The position numbers and the translations under genes are program-made. The notes below the pieces were generated by a model that saw nothing but the letters and a program-made list of their open reading frames with translations, did not search any database and was not told the DNA's origin. Shown piece by piece: positions 59,240 through 64,000 of a stretch of 64,000 nt of DNA. Every line of letters begins with the position of its first letter. The stretch's first letter is position 1. The DNA is from an uncultured archaeon (lineage in GTDB: Archaea; Asgardarchaeota; Lokiarchaeia; Sigyniarchaeales; SOKP01): assembly GCA_964486045.1 (NCBI GenBank), contig CAZALK010000012.1, positions 96,001 to 160,000 on the forward strand, read 5' to 3'.

Positions 59240-59449
59240 ATGATGAAGATCATAACGATCAATTTACCAGAAAAATATTTACAAGCAATCCAAATATTAA
59301 ACGATAATGGGGCTTACCCCTCCCGTAGTGAAGCGATAAGAAGAGCTTTGAATGATTTCTTAGCAAAAGAGTTAAAGATGTATAGCGATCTTGATGATGA
59401 CAGCTTTAGAATGCTTATCCGAAGCAAAAAAAGTAAACTGAATCATTAA
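59240..59449 (+). CDS. Ribbon-helix-helix (CopG-like) regulator
   Basis: KIITINLP beta strand, YPSRSEAIRRAL. Confidence 0.88.
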   Translation: MMKIITINLPEKYLQAIQILNDNGAYPSRSEAIRRALNDFLAKELKMYSDLDDDSFRMLIRSKKSKLNH

Positions 59450-59617
59450 AACTTATTTTATTTATTTTTTTTAATCAATCATTTAATTTCAATTATCTAT
59501 AAACTAATTCCAACATTGACTTATTTCAGAAGTTAAAAAAATTAAATAGATTAAAGATATAATTAAAATTATATAATACTTCAAATTAAACAAATTATTT
59601 TCTTTAAGGGTTCCACC

Positions 59618-60319
59618 ATGGATATTGAGATTGATACATGTAATGGTTGTGGACAATGTGCTATTGTTTGCCCAGTTCAAGCAATCAAAATGATTGATAA
59701 TAAGGCTGTTGTGGATGAAGAAAGTTGTGTAGAATGTTCAGTTTGTTATAGAGATGCTAATTGCCCGGCTAATGCAATTAAGATGAAAAGGTTAAAATGG
59801 CCCAGAGAAATTCGTATGCCTTTTAGTAATGTAATAGCTACTCATAAATTAACAGGAATTGGTGGGAGAGGCACTTCTGAGATGAAAACTAACGATGTGA
59901 CTAATCGCTATGGATTCGGGGAATTTGGGATTTCCATTGAATTAGGACGCCCAGGAATAGGAACAAGGCTAAGAAATATCGAGTTATTCACAACAAGATT
60001 TTCAAAAATTGGTGTTATATATGAAGAAAAAAGTCCAGTTACGTCTCTAATAATAGACGATGACGGGCATATCAATGAAGATGTAAAGGATGAGCGTGTT
60101 CTTTCTGCAATAATTGAATTCAAAGTTCCTACTAAAAAATTACCTCAAATTTTAGAAGTGATTACTGAATTAGATAAGGAAATTGATACTGTATTTTCTG
60201 TTGGAATTGTTTCAAGAATAAAAGAAAATAACACAAAAGAAATCATAAATAAAATAACACAGCTTGGTTTTGAAGTAAGACCGAATGCCAAAATAAATAT
60301 TGGATTAGGTAGACCTTGA
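59618..60319 (+). CDS. 2x[4Fe-4S] ferredoxin-domain protein
   Basis: CNGCGQCAIVCP, CVECSVC...CP, GRGTSEMKTNDVT. Confidence 0.8.
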   Translation: MDIEIDTCNGCGQCAIVCPVQAIKMIDNKAVVDEESCVECSVCYRDANCPANAIKMKRLKWPREIRMPFSNVIATHKLTGIGGRGTSEMKTNDVTNRYGFGEFGISIELGRPGIGTRLRNIELFTTRFSKIGVIYEEKSPVTSLIIDDDGHINEDVKDERVLSAIIEFKVPTKKLPQILEVITELDKEIDTVFSVGIVSRIKENNTKEIINKITQLGFEVRPNAKINIGLGRP

Positions 60320-60340
60320 AAATATGGAGGAAAACGAATT

Positions 60341-60928
60341 TTGACACATACCTTGCACAGGAAAGGGATTGTAAAGGATCTAAAAAAGGATTACGTAATA
60401 CTGGCAATGCTCGAGGGCGGTATAAATGATAATTATGACGACTCACGGCAAAAAATGATAAAGATAGGAGAAATTTTGAATGAATATAATCCAATTAATA
60501 TTTTGTCTGAAATAGGATGGAGAACATCATCTGTTATAACTGCTGCTTATGGGGATCTTGAGACTGTAAAAAAAGTCATTCAAATCCTGAAAGAAGAAGA
60601 TTTAGGTATTTCAATAGTTGTAAGTGGATTAATTTCTGAAATTGAAAAGTCTCTGAAGGAAATAGGATTAGAGCCCCATACGGTCCATTTTTCACTGGGT
60701 ACATTCGGAAAAAGTGAGTTATTACCATCAGAAAAGCACTTAGAAATTACTACAATGTGTGGACATCATACAGTTTCACCACAGTCAATTACACATTATG
60801 TAGATTTGATTAGACGAGGAAAAACTACTGTTGAAAAAGCCGCAAGAAAATTGACAAGACCTTGTGTCTGTGGTATTATCAATACATCTCGTATAATTGA
60901 GATACTTACTAATTTAGTTAATGAATAA
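60341..60928 (+). CDS. Cys/His-motif hypothetical protein, partner of the upstream Fe-S protein
   Basis: MTHTLHR, TMCGH, CVCGIIN. GGAGG precedes the TTG start. Confidence 0.7.
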   Translation: MTHTLHRKGIVKDLKKDYVILAMLEGGINDNYDDSRQKMIKIGEILNEYNPINILSEIGWRTSSVITAAYGDLETVKKVIQILKEEDLGISIVVSGLISEIEKSLKEIGLEPHTVHFSLGTFGKSELLPSEKHLEITTMCGHHTVSPQSITHYVDLIRRGKTTVEKAARKLTRPCVCGIINTSRIIEILTNLVNE

Positions 60929-61053
60929 TATCGTATTTTTCACCTCATTTAAAATAGCCTAAGACATAAATACCCAGTTATTTTATTTTCAATTAAACCT
61001 AAGCGATTTTAGATTTTGTTTAATAAGGTCATATTCAATATGGGGGAGAATTT

Positions 61054-61692
61054 ATGAAAATTGGTATAATTGGAACAGGAAGCATGGGTAAAGGTTTAGG
61101 TACAATCTGGGCAGAAAAAAATCATAAGATTATGTTTGGTTCTCGTGATCCTGTAAATGCAGAAAAACTAGCTAATTCATTTGGATCAAATGTCTTAGGA
61201 GGAACATATGCAGATGCAGCTCAATATGGAGAAGTGGTAGTCCTCGCAGTACCTTGGTCAGCAGCCCAGGAGTCTATACAAGTAGTAGGCGATTTAAGTG
61301 AGAAGATTATTATTGATTGCACTAACGCTGTGGCACCACAATTAGGGGGATTGTTATTCGGCCATACAACCTCTGCTGCTGAAAAAATTGCTGAATGGGC
61401 AAAAGGTGCTAAAGTTGTAAAAGCTTTTAATTCTCTTGGTTCAGATAATCTAACAAAATTACAATTTGGATCTCAAAATGCTAGTACTTTCATCTGTGGG
61501 GATGACTTAAATGCAAAATCAATTGTATATAAATTAGGTGAAGAGATAGGCTTCGATGTCATTGATGCTGGTCCTTTAAAAAACGCAAGATTAATCGAAC
61601 CTCTTGCTATGCTTTGGATTGATTTAGCCTACAAACAGGGTTTGGGAACTGATATCGCTTTTAAACTACTCCGAAGAAGAAAAGTTAAATAA
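61054..61692 (+). CDS. NADP-binding oxidoreductase, F420H2:NADP+ oxidoreductase-like family
   Basis: IGTGSMG, GSRD, LAVPW, IDCTN, VVKAFN, DAGPL.NAR.IE. Confidence 0.85.
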   Translation: MKIGIIGTGSMGKGLGTIWAEKNHKIMFGSRDPVNAEKLANSFGSNVLGGTYADAAQYGEVVVLAVPWSAAQESIQVVGDLSEKIIIDCTNAVAPQLGGLLFGHTTSAAEKIAEWAKGAKVVKAFNSLGSDNLTKLQFGSQNASTFICGDDLNAKSIVYKLGEEIGFDVIDAGPLKNARLIEPLAMLWIDLAYKQGLGTDIAFKLLRRRKVK

Positions 61693-61815
61693 ATCAAAAA
61701 ACCAAATCAAATATTCTTTTACTTCTCAATTTTTAATTTTGATTTTATAGAAAACATTAAATTCAAAATAAAAATTAACTTAAAAATGGTAATTACTTTT
61801 TAATTAATTCTTATC

Positions 61816-62757
61816 ATGAAATCAAATAGAACTGGAAAAGATACAGTTTTAAGTCATACTTATTCTATCGTCGCAAGAGATCCTAAAACAGGAGAAATGG
61901 GTGTAGGAGTGCAAAGCCATTATTTCTCTGTGGGCTCTGTAGTTGATTGGGGCGCTTCTGGCGTGGGAGTAGTAGCCACACAATCATTTGTAAACAAATC
62001 CTTTGGATTGAGAGGCCTTGAACTAATGAAACAAGGAAAAACACCAGAAGAAGCATTAGATATACTACTTTCTGATGACGATGGAAAAAATGTAAGGCAA
62101 GTTGCTCTGCTTGATGTTAATGGAAGGGTTGCAGTGCATACAGGATCAAAATGTATTAAATATGCAGGTCATGAAACCGGAGATAATTTTTCAGTTCAGG
62201 CAAATATGATGTTAAAAGATACCGTTTGGCCTGCGATGGCACAGGCTTTTGAAAAAAATAAAAATCTCCCTTTACCAGAGAGAATAATTAAGACATTAGA
62301 AGCAGCAGAATCAGAAGGAGGAGATATAAGAGGAAGGCAATCAGCTGCGATATTGATTGTAAGAAGCGAGCCAGTAGAAAACAAATGGGATGATCCACTT
62401 ATTGATATAAGGGTTGAGGACAATCCAGAACCATTAGAAGAATTAAAAAGATTATTAAAACTTCGAAGAGCATATCAGATAATGGATAGAGGAGACGTTG
62501 CTATGGAAAAAGGTGATGAAGATAAGGCACTAAAAGAGTTTAAGTCAGCACAAGAAATGTGTCCTACTAATATGGAGATGAAATATTGGACAGCTATTTC
62601 TCTAGCTAATATAAAAAGATTTGATGATGCTTTACCACTATTTAAAGATATTTTTACTAGGGATAACAATTGGCGCATACTTACAGAAAGGCTTCCTGAG
62701 GTAGATTTATTAAATATATCAGATGAAGAATTAAACAAAATTTTAACATTGAAGTGA
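61816..62757 (+). CDS. DUF1028 (Ntn-hydrolase-like) protein with C-terminal TPR
   Basis: TYSIVARD, VATQ, RQVA, GGDIRGRQSAA, DIRVED. Confidence 0.85.
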   Translation: MKSNRTGKDTVLSHTYSIVARDPKTGEMGVGVQSHYFSVGSVVDWGASGVGVVATQSFVNKSFGLRGLELMKQGKTPEEALDILLSDDDGKNVRQVALLDVNGRVAVHTGSKCIKYAGHETGDNFSVQANMMLKDTVWPAMAQAFEKNKNLPLPERIIKTLEAAESEGGDIRGRQSAAILIVRSEPVENKWDDPLIDIRVEDNPEPLEELKRLLKLRRAYQIMDRGDVAMEKGDEDKALKEFKSAQEMCPTNMEMKYWTAISLANIKRFDDALPLFKDIFTRDNNWRILTERLPEVDLLNISDEELNKILTLK

Positions 62758-62764
62758 TAAAAAA

Positions 62765-63811
62765 ATGAAAGTTGCACGATATTATAATAATGAAGATGTA
62801 AGAGAAGATGAAATAGATAAGCCAACAATCGGTCAGGGAGAAATTTTAGTTAAGGTTAAAAGATCTGGAATTTGCGGTTCAGACATACTTGAATATTATC
62901 GATTCGCAAAAATGCAAAGATTGGGTGTGAAATCATTGATTTTAGGCCATGAAATTGCGGGAGATATTGTTGAGATGGGTGAAACGGTGAAACATCTTAA
63001 AGTTGGAGATCGTGTATTTGTTTCTCATCATGTACCATGTTTTGAGTGTCATTATTGTAAACAGGGGCACCATACTGCATGTAATTTACTTCATAATACA
63101 AATTTTGATCCTGGAGGTTTCGCTGAATTTGTGCGAATTCCAAAAATTAACATTGAAAAAAAAGGTGTGTATGTTTTAGATCCAAGTGTATCTTATGAGG
63201 AAGCGGTTTTCATAGAACCACTGGGTTGTGTATGCCGAGCTCAACGATTAGCAAATATGAAGAAGGGATTAACTGTTTTAATTCTTGGGTGTGGTACTTC
63301 AGGTTTATTACATATTCAACTTGCGAAACTGAGAGGGGCCAAAAAAGTCATAGCTACTGATATCAATGAATATAGGCTACAAAAGGCAAAAGAATTTGGC
63401 GCTGATGAAGTATTTAACGCAAATTCAGATATTCCCGCAGAAATTAAGGAAATAAACAAGTTCAGGCTAGCAGACATAGTAATCGTTAGTACTGGTGCCA
63501 CATCAGCAGCAAAGCAGGCTTTAGAATGTGCAGCATCAGGTAGTACGATTGTTTATTTTGCCGTTCCAGGACCAGGGATAAAGCTCGAAGTTCCTATAAA
63601 TACTTATTGGAGAAAAGAAATTAAAATTATGACTTCTTATGGCGCCGCACCCCAAGATCTTGATGAAGCTTATAATTGGATAGTATCTAAAAGAATTAAT
63701 GTAGTAGGATTAATAACACACCGGTTTCCTCTTAGTAAAGCAAAAGAAGCCTTTAAAGTGGTATGCGAAGCAGGGAATTCCTTGAAAGTGATACTTGAAC
63801 CCACTAGATAG
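62765..63811 (+). CDS. Zinc-dependent medium-chain dehydrogenase (sorbitol/threonine DH-like)
   Basis: GICGSD, GHE, C..C.YC......C structural Zn, EPLGC, GCGTSG. Confidence 0.9.
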   Translation: MKVARYYNNEDVREDEIDKPTIGQGEILVKVKRSGICGSDILEYYRFAKMQRLGVKSLILGHEIAGDIVEMGETVKHLKVGDRVFVSHHVPCFECHYCKQGHHTACNLLHNTNFDPGGFAEFVRIPKINIEKKGVYVLDPSVSYEEAVFIEPLGCVCRAQRLANMKKGLTVLILGCGTSGLLHIQLAKLRGAKKVIATDINEYRLQKAKEFGADEVFNANSDIPAEIKEINKFRLADIVIVSTGATSAAKQALECAASGSTIVYFAVPGPGIKLEVPINTYWRKEIKIMTSYGAAPQDLDEAYNWIVSKRINVVGLITHRFPLSKAKEAFKVVCEAGNSLKVILEPTR

Positions 63812-63899
63812 ATTAATTGAAGTGCTTTTTAGAAAAGATTTTTAATTTTTTCTATTAGATCATAATATTATAGGAAGTAAACCTAAATATTAAGAGAAA

Positions 63900-64000
63900 T
63901 CATCCTATAAATCGGGTTTGGACTTGTTCATAAAGATTAGTATTATATACTGTCTTTAAACTAACAAATGATCCTAAAAGTATTAGGAGTAGTGGAGGCA
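63900..64000 (-). CDS. Possible 3' end of a membrane-protein gene running off the window
   Basis: Minus frame PPLLLILLGSFVSLKTVYNTNLYEQVQTRFIG* is open to the window edge. Confidence 0.35.
   Translation of the reverse strand, partial: PPLLLILLGSFVSLKTVYNTNLYEQVQTRFIG

Noticed and set aside
1-64000. CRISPR arrays, transposases, integrases, rRNA
   Set aside because: None seen. The short antisense ORFs inside long genes in the ORF track are treated as shadows.

Overview
AT-rich archaeal DNA that looks like an Asgard archaeon of the Lokiarchaeia type. This is an inference from SRP19, eS8, proteasome beta, Hef, Ftr, Rag- and Arf-like GTPases with longin-like domains, Loki-CTERM-like proteins and a eukaryote-type SECIS. 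Most of the window is ordinary metabolic and housekeeping genes. The main finding, absent from the ORF track, is a histone gene at 16703-16978 (+) split by two 30-nt inserts that carry in-frame stops. Each insert folds as a bulge-helix-bulge (BHB) motif, and cutting by the archaeal tRNA-splicing endonuclease rule restores an intact 71-aa histone. Both tRNA genes in the window (Pro-GGG, His-GTG) also carry exactly 30-nt BHB-like introns at non-canonical positions. Together these suggest one family of short introns shared between tRNAs and an mRNA. The second hidden feature is a peroxiredoxin-like gene at 54968-55477 with two in-frame TGAs in a W-U-Y-Y-U (UxxU) motif, followed by a eukaryote-like SECIS hairpin. 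Also present are a small-GTPase/longin/PAS-GAF cluster, a triplicated unknown gene family beside tRNA-Pro, and several gene remnants. All structures were folded by eye, and no database searches were run.
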